NCBI GenBank assembly: GCA_035491815.1
Contig: DATJKA010000035.1
Coordinates: 84,718 to 148,717 of the forward strand
Length of the DNA: 64,000 nt
Direction: 5' to 3'
Source of the DNA: Gemmatimonadales bacterium
GTDB taxonomy: Bacteria; Gemmatimonadota; Gemmatimonadetes; Gemmatimonadales; GWC2-71-9
Shown here: positions 18,131 to 27,408 of the stretch, one piece after another
How the letters are laid out: each line of letters starts with the position of its first letter
How positions within the stretch are numbered: position 1 is the first letter of the stretch
Program-made: the position numbers and the translations under genes
Notes under the pieces: generated by a model
What the model saw: only the letters and a program-made list of their open reading frames with translations
The model's database searches: none
Told to the model about the DNA's origin: nothing

Positions 18131-18525
18131 TGAAACTGATCACCACGATCGTGCGCCCGGAGCGGTTGCCGGAGGTGAAGACCGCACTGTTTCGGGCCGG
18201 CATCACGGGCATCACGCTGAGTCGAGTGAGCGGTCACGGCGGCGAGCATGAGATCGTCAGCCAATACCGCGGCACGACGCTGGTCATGGAGTTTCACGAA
18301 AAAGTGAAGATCGAGATGGTCTGCTCGGAGCCGTTCGTGCAGCCGTGCATCGACGCGATCCTGTCGTCCGCGCGCACCGGTGAGGTCGGTGACGGGAAGA
18401 TTTTCGTCCAGCCGATCGAGCGCGTGATCCGCATTCGGACCGGCGAGCAGAACAACGAGGCGCTGACCGCGATCAACGCCAGCGAGGTCCAGCAGGCGGC
18501 GATTCGCGCCGCCGACGAAACATGA
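18127..18525 (+). CDS. glnK: P-II nitrogen regulatory protein
   Basis: MKLITTIVRPERLPEVKTAL..GITLSRVSGHGGEHEIVSQYRGTTLVMEF..KIEMV..TGEVGDGKIFVQPIERVIRIRTGE is the P-II fold with a T-loop Tyr. ATGA overlaps with both neighbours. Confidence 0.92.
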   Translation: MMKLITTIVRPERLPEVKTALFRAGITGITLSRVSGHGGEHEIVSQYRGTTLVMEFHEKVKIEMVCSEPFVQPCIDAILSSARTGEVGDGKIFVQPIERVIRIRTGEQNNEALTAINASEVQQAAIRAADET

Positions 18526-19856
18526 CGCAGGCGCCGGCGATCTCCGCCGGCGATACCGCGTGGGTGCTCGTCTCGAGCGCCCTGGTGCTCTTGATGACGG
18601 TCGGCCTCGCCTGCTTTTACGGCGGGCTCGTGCGCTCCAAGAACTCGCTCAACACGATGATGATGAGCATCGTCGCGATGGGAGCGATCAGCGTGCAGTG
18701 GGTGGTCGTTGGCTATTCGCTCGCCTTCGCGCCGGGCTCGAGCTGGCTGGGCGGACTGGGCTGGGTGTTGTTCAAGCACGTCGGCGGCGATCCCAATCCG
18801 GCGTACGCCGCGACGATCCCCCAAAGCGCGCACGCGATCTATCAGGCGATGTTCGCGATCATCACGCCGGCACTCATCTCCGGCGCGATCGTCGAACGCA
18901 TGCGGTTCCGCGCGTACCTCGCGTTTCTCGTCCTCTGGTCGACGCTCGTCTATGCGCCGCTCGCGCACTGGGTCTGGGGCGCCGGCGGATGGCTCCAGAA
19001 GATGGGCGCGCTCGACTTCGCCGGAGGCACAGTCGTGCACATCAGCGCGGGCGTCTCGGCGCTGGTCGCCGCGCGATTCCTCGGCCCGCGGCGCGATTTC
19101 CGACGGATCCCGCTCTCGCCGCACAACGTGCCGGTCGTGCTGATCGGGGCAGGGCTGCTCTGGTTCGGCTGGTTCGGGTTCAACGCCGGCTCGGCGCTGG
19201 CGGCGAACGCGCTGGCGGGATTGGCGTTCGTCAACACGAACACCGCTGCTGCGGCAGCGCTGCTCACGTGGGCGCTGCTCGACTCGGCCCGCACAGGGAA
19301 GATGACGGCCGTCGGCGCCGCGACCGGTGCGGTCGTGGGACTCGTTGGCATCACGCCGGCCGCCGGTTTCGTCACCCCGCCCGCCTCGATTGCGATCGGC
19401 GTGCTGTGCGCGTTCGTGAGTTATTTCGCGATCCAGCGGCGCTCGCGCAGCCGATTGGACGATTCACTGGACGTTTTCTCCTGTCACGGGCTCGCGGGCA
19501 TCGCGGGCGCGCTGCTGACGGGCGTGTTCGCCAGCAAGGTCGCCAACCCCGCGGGCAACGACGGGCTCTTCGCCGGCAATCCCGGTCAAATGCTCGTGCA
19601 GCTGTACGCCGTCCTGGCGGCGATCGCCATCGCCGCCGTGGGAACCATCGTCATTCTTGCGGTCGTGCGCGCCGTGTTCGGGGCGCGGGCGCGAATCGCC
19701 GACGAAATGGTGGGACTCGATCTCAGCGAGCACGGCGAGGAAGCGTACTTTGCCGGCGAGGCGGCGCTGGGAGCGAGCGCGTTGGCGCAGAGCGTGATCG
19801 TCTCCACACAGGCCGACGAGGAGTCGGAGCGCCGCGGACCCGCGGCGCGCGCCTAG
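18522..19856 (+). CDS. amtB: Ammonium transporter (Amt family)
   Basis: GDTAWVLVSSALVLLMT.GLACFYGGLVRSKN, DFAGGTVVHISAGVSALV and WFGWFGFNAGSA are Amt signatures. Confidence 0.93.
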   Translation: MTQAPAISAGDTAWVLVSSALVLLMTVGLACFYGGLVRSKNSLNTMMMSIVAMGAISVQWVVVGYSLAFAPGSSWLGGLGWVLFKHVGGDPNPAYAATIPQSAHAIYQAMFAIITPALISGAIVERMRFRAYLAFLVLWSTLVYAPLAHWVWGAGGWLQKMGALDFAGGTVVHISAGVSALVAARFLGPRRDFRRIPLSPHNVPVVLIGAGLLWFGWFGFNAGSALAANALAGLAFVNTNTAAAAALLTWALLDSARTGKMTAVGAATGAVVGLVGITPAAGFVTPPASIAIGVLCAFVSYFAIQRRSRSRLDDSLDVFSCHGLAGIAGALLTGVFASKVANPAGNDGLFAGNPGQMLVQLYAVLAAIAIAAVGTIVILAVVRAVFGARARIADEMVGLDLSEHGEEAYFAGEAALGASALAQSVIVSTQADEESERRGPAARA

Positions 19857-21043
19857 GACGCGGGCGGGAGCGGCGGCGGGTCGGGGACGCGCGTCACCGG
19901 GACGACGTTCGCTCCGGTCTGACCGTTGCCGACCTGCCCGCGGTCGTTGGCGCCCCAGCAAAACGCGCCACCGTTGACCTCGATGGCGCAGGTGTGAAAG
20001 CCCCCCGCGCTGACGGCGCGGAACACATGTCCACGCGCCGAGAGAATGGGCCTCGTGCTGCAGGGAGCGCTAACCGCCGGGCCGAGGATGCACGTCTCCG
20101 TAGCCGTTCCGGCGAGCTGCGCGTTGTCGTTGAGTCCCCAGCAGTAGAGAAACAGGTCAACGGTGAGTCCGCAGGTGTGATTCACTCCCACGCTGATGGT
20201 CGAGTACTGGTGCCCCCCCAAGACCTGTGTCGGCGTGCGATGGTCGTCCTTCGAGCCGTTTCCCAACAATCCGAATTGTCCCGCGCCCCAGCAGTACGCG
20301 GCGCCGAGAGTGGTGATCGCGCAGGTCTGGTAGCTGGCGGCGGCGATCGCCCGGTAGTGCAGTCCGCCCGCGACGAGGCGCGGTCCCGCATGTGCGGTCG
20401 TGTCGGTCGTGCCGAGGTTGCCGAAGGTGTTCACGCCCCAGCAGTACGCCTCGCCGCTCGTCGCAATGGCGCAGGCGTAGTACTGGCCCACGGTGATCTG
20501 CGTGAACGTGAGATTGGTCTCGACCGCCACGGGGGTGTGAGCGGCCGTGGTATCACGGCCGAGCTGACCGAAGTCGTTCGCGCCCCAGCAGTAGGCGGTG
20601 CCTGCCTGTGTCAGGGCGCACGTCGAATTGAATCCTGTGGAGATCTGCTTGAACGTGAGTCCGCCGGCGACGAGAACCGGAACGGCTGAGCGCGTCGTCG
20701 TGTCGTTGCCCAAGGCGCCGTCATCGCTGATGCCCCAACAATACGCGGCTCCTCCGGTCACGAGGCCGCAGGTGTGACCCTGGCCGCCGTCGATCTGCGT
20801 GAATGCCCGGAAGCCCGATACCGCCATGGGATTCGAGTCGATGGTGCTCATCACGCCGTTGCCGCCCTGGCCGACGGCGTTGTCGCCCCAGCAGAACCCG
20901 ATCGTGGTGTCGGCGAGAAGCGCGCAGGTGTGCCGGAATCCCGTCGCGATACCGGCAAAGCTTCCCGGCGGGACGGGGCCGAGGCCTTTCTCAGATGAAC
21001 AGGCGAACGCAACGAGACAGACGGGGACGAGCAGCCTGCGCAT
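19853..21043 (-). CDS. RCC1-repeat beta-propeller lipoprotein
   Basis: Seven repeats of the type HTC[AG]L..G.AYCWG.N..GQLG. Lipobox LVAFAC after the internal ATG 21043 (MRRLLVPVCLVAFACSS). Confidence 0.85.
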   Translation of the reverse strand: MRRLLVPVCLVAFACSSEKGLGPVPPGSFAGIATGFRHTCALLADTTIGFCWGDNAVGQGGNGVMSTIDSNPMAVSGFRAFTQIDGGQGHTCGLVTGGAAYCWGISDDGALGNDTTTRSAVPVLVAGGLTFKQISTGFNSTCALTQAGTAYCWGANDFGQLGRDTTAAHTPVAVETNLTFTQITVGQYYACAIATSGEAYCWGVNTFGNLGTTDTTAHAGPRLVAGGLHYRAIAAASYQTCAITTLGAAYCWGAGQFGLLGNGSKDDHRTPTQVLGGHQYSTISVGVNHTCGLTVDLFLYCWGLNDNAQLAGTATETCILGPAVSAPCSTRPILSARGHVFRAVSAGGFHTCAIEVNGGAFCWGANDRGQVGNGQTGANVVPVTRVPDPPPLPPAS

Positions 21044-21166
21044 AGGAACCCATCGATCGTTGGAGATTGGGCATTGTACAGAGGTGGCGAACTGAGGGTC
21101 CGGCACGGCGCACAAAACGTCATAATCGGACGGGGCGCGGAGCGTGTTCGGTGGTATCATCTGCCG

Positions 21167-22261
21167 ATGCGCACAGCCTTGGCGCGGCTCGTCGGCATGA
21201 CACTCCTCGCTGCTGCTTGCGGGGCGAGTGATGGGGGAGGCACGGGACCGCGAGCCGACTTCTCGCTATCGCTGTCTCCGTCGGCGCTCACGCTGCAGCG
21301 GGGCGCCACCGACTCCGTCACGGTCACGATCAGTCGCCACAATTTCCGCGAAGCCGTGGCACTGAGCATGGCGGGCGCGCCGCCGGGGGTCAGCGGATCA
21401 TTCAGCGTTGCGACCGATACCGGCACGAGCTCGACGCTCCACGTCAGCGTGGCGGACACCGCGCCCGTCGGCTTTTACGACGTCATCGTCAACGGTTTGG
21501 GTTCGCCCGGGAATCGTCTTGCGGTATTGCGGCTCGTCATCAACGACTCGACCGTGCAGACGGTGACCTGTCTCGCGGGCCAGACCTCTCCGAACTACCG
21601 GCCCTATCGTGAGCTGATGCCGCTGGTCTCGTGCAGTGTTCCGCTGTACGTGACCGGCAGCACCGCGGTACCCACGGCCGCGCTGCGCGACGCCGGCAGT
21701 ATGCTGGAGGCGATGCTGCAGCATCGCCCGGACATCGCGTCGTCGCTGAAGGCCGCTGGGACATTGACGGGAGTATTCGCTCACGACGAAACGGTCTGCG
21801 ACTTGATCTATTTCGCGCAGTTCGCGGGCACCTCGCTCTGCGCCCGTGGTGCCGGAGGGCTCGGCGGCACCGTGACGATTCCCGTCACCGGCTGCAGCGA
21901 GCGCAACGTTCTCAAGGAATCGGACGATCCCTACCTGCGCGGGCAAGCGGGCGGCGAGAACATCTGCGTGCATGAGCTGGCGCACACGATCATGAACATC
22001 GGCCTTTCGGATCAGGACCGGCTCCGGATCGAGCAGCGCTACGATTCGGCGGTGACCGAGGGGCTATGGACGGGCGACTACGCGATGGAAAATTCGGAAG
22101 AGTTTTTCGGCGAGATGTCGCAGACGTATTTTTGCGCCAATCCCGCCACGCCGAACCCGCTGCATCACGGCATCAACTGCGCCGCAGCACTCCAGGCATA
22201 TGATCCGCGGACGTTTCAGTTGATCGACGGGATCTATCGCGGCTCCGCCGACCTGCGCTAG
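21167..22261 (+). CDS. Putative zinc metallopeptidase lipoprotein (HExxH ... EEFFGE gluzincin-like)
   Basis: Lipobox LLAAACG. An Ig-like N-terminal region. VHELAHTIMN, with NSEEFFGE about 40 residues downstream. Confidence 0.7.
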   Translation: MRTALARLVGMTLLAAACGASDGGGTGPRADFSLSLSPSALTLQRGATDSVTVTISRHNFREAVALSMAGAPPGVSGSFSVATDTGTSSTLHVSVADTAPVGFYDVIVNGLGSPGNRLAVLRLVINDSTVQTVTCLAGQTSPNYRPYRELMPLVSCSVPLYVTGSTAVPTAALRDAGSMLEAMLQHRPDIASSLKAAGTLTGVFAHDETVCDLIYFAQFAGTSLCARGAGGLGGTVTIPVTGCSERNVLKESDDPYLRGQAGGENICVHELAHTIMNIGLSDQDRLRIEQRYDSAVTEGLWTGDYAMENSEEFFGEMSQTYFCANPATPNPLHHGINCAAALQAYDPRTFQLIDGIYRGSADLR

Positions 22262-22280
22262 CTCACGAATTGACCCAGCG

Positions 22281-23177
22281 TCATCGTGGTGGTGACGGCG
22301 TCGCTGCGACGCGAAGCACCGCTCGTGCCGTCACTCCATCGACGGTTGCAACTATGGTGTCGATGCCGGCGGCGACGGCTTCCACGGTGCAGCACGAGAC
22401 GAGTCGCGCGACGCTCGTGTCAACGCTGCGCAGATCGACAGGGTAGTAGAGAATGCAGCCCGCCACGCAGATCTCCTGCAGCTGTGATAGGGTATCGCCC
22501 GCCGGGCCCGTGGCGATCACCGCGAATTGCACTCGTTGGGAGACGGCAACGGACGTGTCGGCGGGTAAGATCGTCACGGACATTACGTGCGGGATGATAC
22601 GGATGCTCGCCCCGGCGGCGGCGTCGCGCGCCCTCGCGGTGATCAACGTGGTGCCCGGACCGTGGCCGGACACCAAGCCGCTTGCCACACGAGCAATCGT
22701 AGTGTCGTTACTTGTCCACGTCAGCGTGGAATCGGTCGGCGGAAGGCCATCGGCCGTGTAGAGGATCGGCTGCACGCGCAGCGTGTCCCCGATGGGAAGC
22801 ACCGCAGACGACGGATGCAGCTGAACGAAATTCGGGAATACGACGACGTGGATGAATGCGGTGCCGCTCACCCCGTCCACGGTGGCAGTGATGGTTGAGG
22901 ATCCGCGTCCCAGTGCTTGCACGACACCAGTCTCACGCGCATACACGATGCCCGAAGCGGAGCTGGTCCAGGTCACTGAATGGCCGGCGATGATCGTGCC
23001 CTGCGAATCCCGGGCCGCGGCGTGCAGCTGCAGCGTGTCGTAGAGCTCTACGCCGGCGGTATCGGGAGTGACGGAGACGGCTGCAACGCGATACGGCGCC
23101 GGTGGTCCCGACGTCTCTCCGCAAGAGAGCGTCAACGCGGCGAACGCCGCAGCAACCCCTGCTCTGTATCGGCGCAT
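22281..23177 (-). CDS. Lipoprotein with bacterial Ig-like (Big_2-type) domains
   Basis: Lipobox ALTLSCG. Repeated VSVTPDTAGVELYDTLQL.A.ARDSQG..I....VTWTSS..GIV......G.V.A...G...ITA pattern (three repeats). Confidence 0.8.
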   Translation of the reverse strand: MRRYRAGVAAAFAALTLSCGETSGPPAPYRVAAVSVTPDTAGVELYDTLQLHAAARDSQGTIIAGHSVTWTSSASGIVYARETGVVQALGRGSSTITATVDGVSGTAFIHVVVFPNFVQLHPSSAVLPIGDTLRVQPILYTADGLPPTDSTLTWTSNDTTIARVASGLVSGHGPGTTLITARARDAAAGASIRIIPHVMSVTILPADTSVAVSQRVQFAVIATGPAGDTLSQLQEICVAGCILYYPVDLRSVDTSVARLVSCCTVEAVAAGIDTIVATVDGVTARAVLRVAATPSPPR

Positions 23178-23230
23178 GCAGCTCGACCGAAGGAATTGAG
23201 GCTACTTATACCGGAAGGTCGACAGAAGGT

Positions 23231-24529
23231 TCAGCTGACGCGGCGCGTCTTCCTTCTCATGAAATCCATCAAGATGAACTGGCCGAGCGTCATCGTGTTG
23301 GTGAAATACGCCTTGCCGCGACAAATCGCCGAGACCTTCTTCACAAACTCGACCAGGCTGCGGTCACGTGCGAGCATGAACGTGTTGATCATGATCCCGG
23401 ACCGGCGGCAGAGCGCGACCTCGCGATACGTCGCCTGGAGAATGTGCGGGTCGAGGCCCATCGAGTTCACGTAGATCCGGCCGTCGGGCTGCGTCAGCGC
23501 GGACGGCTTGCCGTCGGTGATCATGATGATCTGCCGCATGTCCTTGCGTTGCCCCAGCAAGATCCGGCGCGCGAGCTTCAGCCCCTCGGTCGTGTTGGTG
23601 TGATACGGCCCCACCTGCGCGTGCGCCAGCTGGCCGATCGGAATCTCTTCCGCCGTGTCATGAAACAGCACGACGCGCAGCGTGTCGCCCGGGAACTGCG
23701 TGCGGATCAGATGCGTCAGCGCGAGCGCGACTTTCTTGGCGGGCGTGAAGCGATCTTCGCCGTACAAGATCATCGAGTGCGAGCAGTCGAGCATCAGCAC
23801 CGTCGCCGACGACGAGCGATACTCGGCCTGATGTACCATCAGGTCGTCGTACTCGAGATTGATCGGGACGCCCAAGCCTTCCCGCTTGAGCGCGTGCGAC
23901 AGCGTGGCGTTGACGTCGAGGTTCAACGTATCGCCGTACTCGTAGCGCTTGCTCGCCGCCTCGGCTTCGACGCCGGTCGCGAGGTGCTCGGTCTCGTGCG
24001 CGCCGAAGCTCGACTTGCCGATCGAGCCCAACAAATGCTTGAGGGTGCGGTAGCCGAGAAAGTCGATGCCCTTGTCGGTGAGATTGAACTGCACCTGCTG
24101 CGCCGCCTCTTTCGCCATGCCGCCCGGGCCGAGCACCGGCTGCTGCGCGCCCGGCATCTTCGGCGCCTGCTGGAGGTTGAGGTACCCTTCGTCGATCAGC
24201 TTTTGCACGATCTGATCGAGCAGATCGGCGAGCTGCTTCTGCAGCTCGGCGTCCTTCTGCGCATCGCCGGTGGAGTCGCCGCGCAGCACGTTCAGCATCT
24301 CGGGCGTGAGCTGGCCGGAATCCATCAGCGCCTGGAGAATCGCCTGGCGCAGCGCATCGAGCGAGCGATCCGGATCGTCTTCGCCGAATTCGCCCCAGAA
24401 TGGGTGCGAGTAGGGACCGCCCGCGAACCCTGATTGCAGCAGGAAATCGGCGAGCTGATCGAGTAACGCCTGCAGATTCAGCGTCTCGAGTAGCCCGGAC
24501 ACATAGCGGCTGTAGGTGGTGTAACGCAT
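23231..24529 (-). CDS. VWA-domain protein (CoxE-like)
   Basis: MIDAS motif in [14 protein letters not shown], and ..[12 protein letters not shown]. Alternative starts lie at 24538 and 24565. Confidence 0.85.
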   Translation of the reverse strand: MRYTTYSRYVSGLLETLNLQALLDQLADFLLQSGFAGGPYSHPFWGEFGEDDPDRSLDALRQAILQALMDSGQLTPEMLNVLRGDSTGDAQKDAELQKQLADLLDQIVQKLIDEGYLNLQQAPKMPGAQQPVLGPGGMAKEAAQQVQFNLTDKGIDFLGYRTLKHLLGSIGKSSFGAHETEHLATGVEAEAASKRYEYGDTLNLDVNATLSHALKREGLGVPINLEYDDLMVHQAEYRSSSATVLMLDCSHSMILYGEDRFTPAKKVALALTHLIRTQFPGDTLRVVLFHDTAEEIPIGQLAHAQVGPYHTNTTEGLKLARRILLGQRKDMRQIIMITDGKPSALTQPDGRIYVNSMGLDPHILQATYREVALCRRSGIMINTFMLARDRSLVEFVKKVSAICRGKAYFTNTMTLGQFILMDFMRRKTRRVS

Positions 24530-24568
24530 GCCTACCATCAATGTCGTGGTCTCGCGACCTTTCACGCA

Positions 24569-25801
24569 ATGACCGAAGCTGCCCCGCCCACGAGACGCTA
24601 CGGCTTAGGAGCGCTCGCTCACCGCAACTTCCGTCTCTTCTTCATTGGTCAGGGGATTTCCCTCGTCGGCACGTGGCTGCAGAACGTCGGCGAAGGATGG
24701 CTCATCCTCACGCTCACCAACTCGCCGTTCTACGTCGGCCTCACGTCGGCGCTCAGCTCCGTGGGCGTGCTGCTGTTCAGCCTGTACGCCGGGGTCATCG
24801 CCGACCGCGTGGACAAGCGCCGAGTGATCGTGTTCATGCAGATGGCGTTCATGCTGGAGGCGCTCGCCGTTTCGCTGTTGATCTGGACGCACGTCATCGC
24901 GGTCTGGCAGGTGCTGGTGCTCGCCACTCTGCTCGGCATCGCGAGCGCGTTCGATATCCCGATGCGTCAGGCATTCGTCTTCGAGATGGTCGGCCGCGAG
25001 GACTTGATGAACGCGATCGCGCTCAACTCCTCGCTGTTCAACGGCGCGCGCGTCATCGGTCCGGCCATCGCGGGCTTCCTGATCGGCGCGGTGGGAATCG
25101 CGTGGTGCTACTTCCTCAATTCACTGAGCTACATCGCGGTGATCGCCGGCCTCCTGCTCATGCGGCTGCCCTATAATCCGCGGCCGCCCAAAACCACGTC
25201 GGCGTGGACCGGCTTTCGCGAGGTGCTGCTCTACTTGCGCGCCGACCGGCGCTCGCGCGTGCTGATGGTGCTGACGGCGATCTTGAGCGTCTTTGGATTT
25301 CCCTACATCACGATGATGCCCGTGTTCGCGCGCGACGTCCTGCACCGCGGGGCGACCGGGTATGGCGCGCTGACGTCCTCGATCGGGATCGGCGCCGTGA
25401 TCGGCGCACTCGGCGTCGCGCTCGCGTCGGCGCGCATCCGGCGGCGCGGGCGCCTGATGCTGGTTGGGGGAACGGCGTTCGGGCTGTTGCTCATCGCGTT
25501 TTCGACGACGCGGCACCTGGGACTCGCGATGGCGCTGCTGGCGCTGGCGGGCTGCGCGATGATCGTCAATAACTCGATAACGAATACGCTGATTCAGATG
25601 ACTGCGCCCGATCACCTCCGCGGGCGCATCATGGGGTTCTACTCGTTCGTCTTTGTCGGGATGGCGCCGTTCGGCGCGTTTCTATTTGGGCTCGTGGCGG
25701 AGCACGCGGGCGTGCCCGTGACGCTTGCCGCCGGCGGCGCGATCGTGGCCTTGGCGGTGACGTTTGCGGGGATGACGGTGCCGGAGTTACGCGCGCAGTG
25801 A
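24569..25801 (+). CDS. MFS transporter (EntS/MFS_3-like)
   Basis: About 12 TM helices. FRLFFIGQGISLVGTWLQNV and GVIADRVDKRRV are typical of this MFS subfamily. Confidence 0.9.
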   Translation: MTEAAPPTRRYGLGALAHRNFRLFFIGQGISLVGTWLQNVGEGWLILTLTNSPFYVGLTSALSSVGVLLFSLYAGVIADRVDKRRVIVFMQMAFMLEALAVSLLIWTHVIAVWQVLVLATLLGIASAFDIPMRQAFVFEMVGREDLMNAIALNSSLFNGARVIGPAIAGFLIGAVGIAWCYFLNSLSYIAVIAGLLLMRLPYNPRPPKTTSAWTGFREVLLYLRADRRSRVLMVLTAILSVFGFPYITMMPVFARDVLHRGATGYGALTSSIGIGAVIGALGVALASARIRRRGRLMLVGGTAFGLLLIAFSTTRHLGLAMALLALAGCAMIVNNSITNTLIQMTAPDHLRGRIMGFYSFVFVGMAPFGAFLFGLVAEHAGVPVTLAAGGAIVALAVTFAGMTVPELRAQ

Positions 25802-25810
25802 GACGCGGGG

Positions 25811-26389
25811 TTACGTCCACGCTCGCCGCTTGATCTCCCCCACAATCAGACTCGCCGCACCGTCGAATCCCAGCCGCTCCGCGTTCAGCACGAGATCGTA
25901 CTGCGTGAGGTCCTGCCGATCACGGCCGTAGTTCGTCCGCACGTACTGGTCGCGATGCACGTCCGTCTCATCGAGAATCTTGTCGACCTCCGCCGGATCG
26001 GCGCCGAGGCGCTCGATCGCGACTTGCTTGCGAAATGGCTTCGACGCGACGACGTAGACATGCAGCGCGTTCGCGCGCTTGGCGAGCACGGCCTGGGCGC
26101 CGCGGCCGACCAGCACGACGCGGCCTTCGGACGCAGCCTCCGCGATCACGCGCTCGGTCGTCTTCACCAGCGTCTCTTCTTCCGTGTCGACCGGAATGGG
26201 ATGCTCGCCGGTGGTCACGAACATCTCCGGTGACGCCACCGCGAGCGTGCGCGCCAGCCGCTCGAGCAACGACGGGCCGCGCTCCTCGCGCCGTGCCACC
26301 TCGTCACGCGGCAGCCCGGCGAGGCGGGCCACCTGATCGATGAACTCGTTATCGATCAGCGTCCACTGCCCGCCCAGCCGCTCCACCAC
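25811..26389 (-). CDS. Cytidylate kinase-like family protein (real N-terminus probably extends to about 26452)
   Basis: VVLVGRGAQAVL and ..HVYVVASKPFRKQVAIERLG are typical of this family. The family N-terminal motif (VTITRQYASGGSEIARRV) is encoded in frame upstream of the first canonical start (see findings). Confidence 0.7.
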   Translation of the reverse strand: MVERLGGQWTLIDNEFIDQVARLAGLPRDEVARREERGPSLLERLARTLAVASPEMFVTTGEHPIPVDTEEETLVKTTERVIAEAASEGRVVLVGRGAQAVLAKRANALHVYVVASKPFRKQVAIERLGADPAEVDKILDETDVHRDQYVRTNYGRDRQDLTQYDLVLNAERLGFDGAASLIVGEIKRRAWT

Positions 26390-26451
26390 CCGGCGGGCGA
26401 TCTCCGACCCGCCGGACGCGTACTGCCGCGTGATCGTGACGAGCGGCTGTA

Positions 26452-27375
26452 TTACTGCCGGAGATTCCGTCGGAGATCTCCGATGTTCAGGATCGGCACG
26501 CCGCCCTGCGTCGGGACCAGAATCACGAGATTGTTCGACGACTTCATGTCGCGCAGCACCTCGAGGTACTGCCGCATCAACGCCTCGGGCGTGAGCGTCG
26601 TGTTGAGAAGCCGCTGCTGCTCGGCTTGCAGGCGCGCGACTTCCACCCGATGCCGCTCCGTCTCTACCTGCTGTTCCTGGGCGATCTTGTTATTGATCGC
26701 CTGGACGACCTGCGCGGGCGGCTGCAGGTCGCGCAGGAAGAACGCCGTCACGGTCGCGATCCGGAACTCCCGCCCGCCCGCGCGCGGCTGCGTGACCAGC
26801 GCGGAGTCCGTGAGCGCCTCCATGGTGTTGGCGATCTGGGTGCGCTTGGCGATGTCGTTGATCGAATACTGCACCATGCCGTCACGGACGCCCTTCCGAA
26901 TCGCGTTCAAGACCGCGCCGCGGATTTGGTTCTCGTCGCCGATCTCCGTGTAGATCCGCGGCGCTTGCTGCGGGTCGATCTGCCAACGAATCGAGACCTC
27001 GACGTGCATGCCCATCTGCTCGGAGGACAACGCCTCGATCTCCTCCACCTGCGCGCCGGCCTGCGGCCACTGCTCTTCGCGCGTCGAAAAGCGCTCGACT
27101 GAGGACCACGGCGCGACGAACCGTACACCGGCCAGCAGCGGCGTCTGATCGACCGTGCCGAACGCGTGTCGGACACCGACTTCGCCGGCGTTGATGACGA
27201 CCGTCGTCGAGCCGAGCACCGTGATGACGCCGATCGTCAGCGCGACGTAGCTGAGAATGCGCAGGACACCGCTGATCGGCTTGCTGGCCGCGCTCTCGCC
27301 GCGCACCGTCGCGGCGCTGAGGCGGAGGAAGAACGCAACCGCGAGGAGTACAAGACCAAAGACTAGCTCGCCCAT
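26452..27375 (-). CDS. SPFH/Band-7 (prohibitin-family) membrane protein
   Basis: N-terminal TM helix, then VINAGEVGVRHAFG....PLLAGVRFVAPW and a long coiled-coil tail (AQEQQVETERHRVEVARLQAEQQR). Confidence 0.9.
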   Translation of the reverse strand: MGELVFGLVLLAVAFFLRLSAATVRGESAASKPISGVLRILSYVALTIGVITVLGSTTVVINAGEVGVRHAFGTVDQTPLLAGVRFVAPWSSVERFSTREEQWPQAGAQVEEIEALSSEQMGMHVEVSIRWQIDPQQAPRIYTEIGDENQIRGAVLNAIRKGVRDGMVQYSINDIAKRTQIANTMEALTDSALVTQPRAGGREFRIATVTAFFLRDLQPPAQVVQAINNKIAQEQQVETERHRVEVARLQAEQQRLLNTTLTPEALMRQYLEVLRDMKSSNNLVILVPTQGGVPILNIGDLRRNLRQ

Positions 27376-27408
27376 GGCGACTCCCGACTGTGAGGGGGGT
27401 GCTGCGAA

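Noticed and set aside
18560-20689. 709-aa plus-strand ORF.
   Set aside because: It is out of frame with the ammonium transporter and antisense to the RCC1 gene. Both of those have strong family signatures. Its composition is Arg/Gly/Ala-rich junk.
23102-24433. 443-aa plus-strand ORF.
   Set aside because: It is antisense to the VWA gene, which has a clear MIDAS motif. It is a typical GC-rich shadow ORF.
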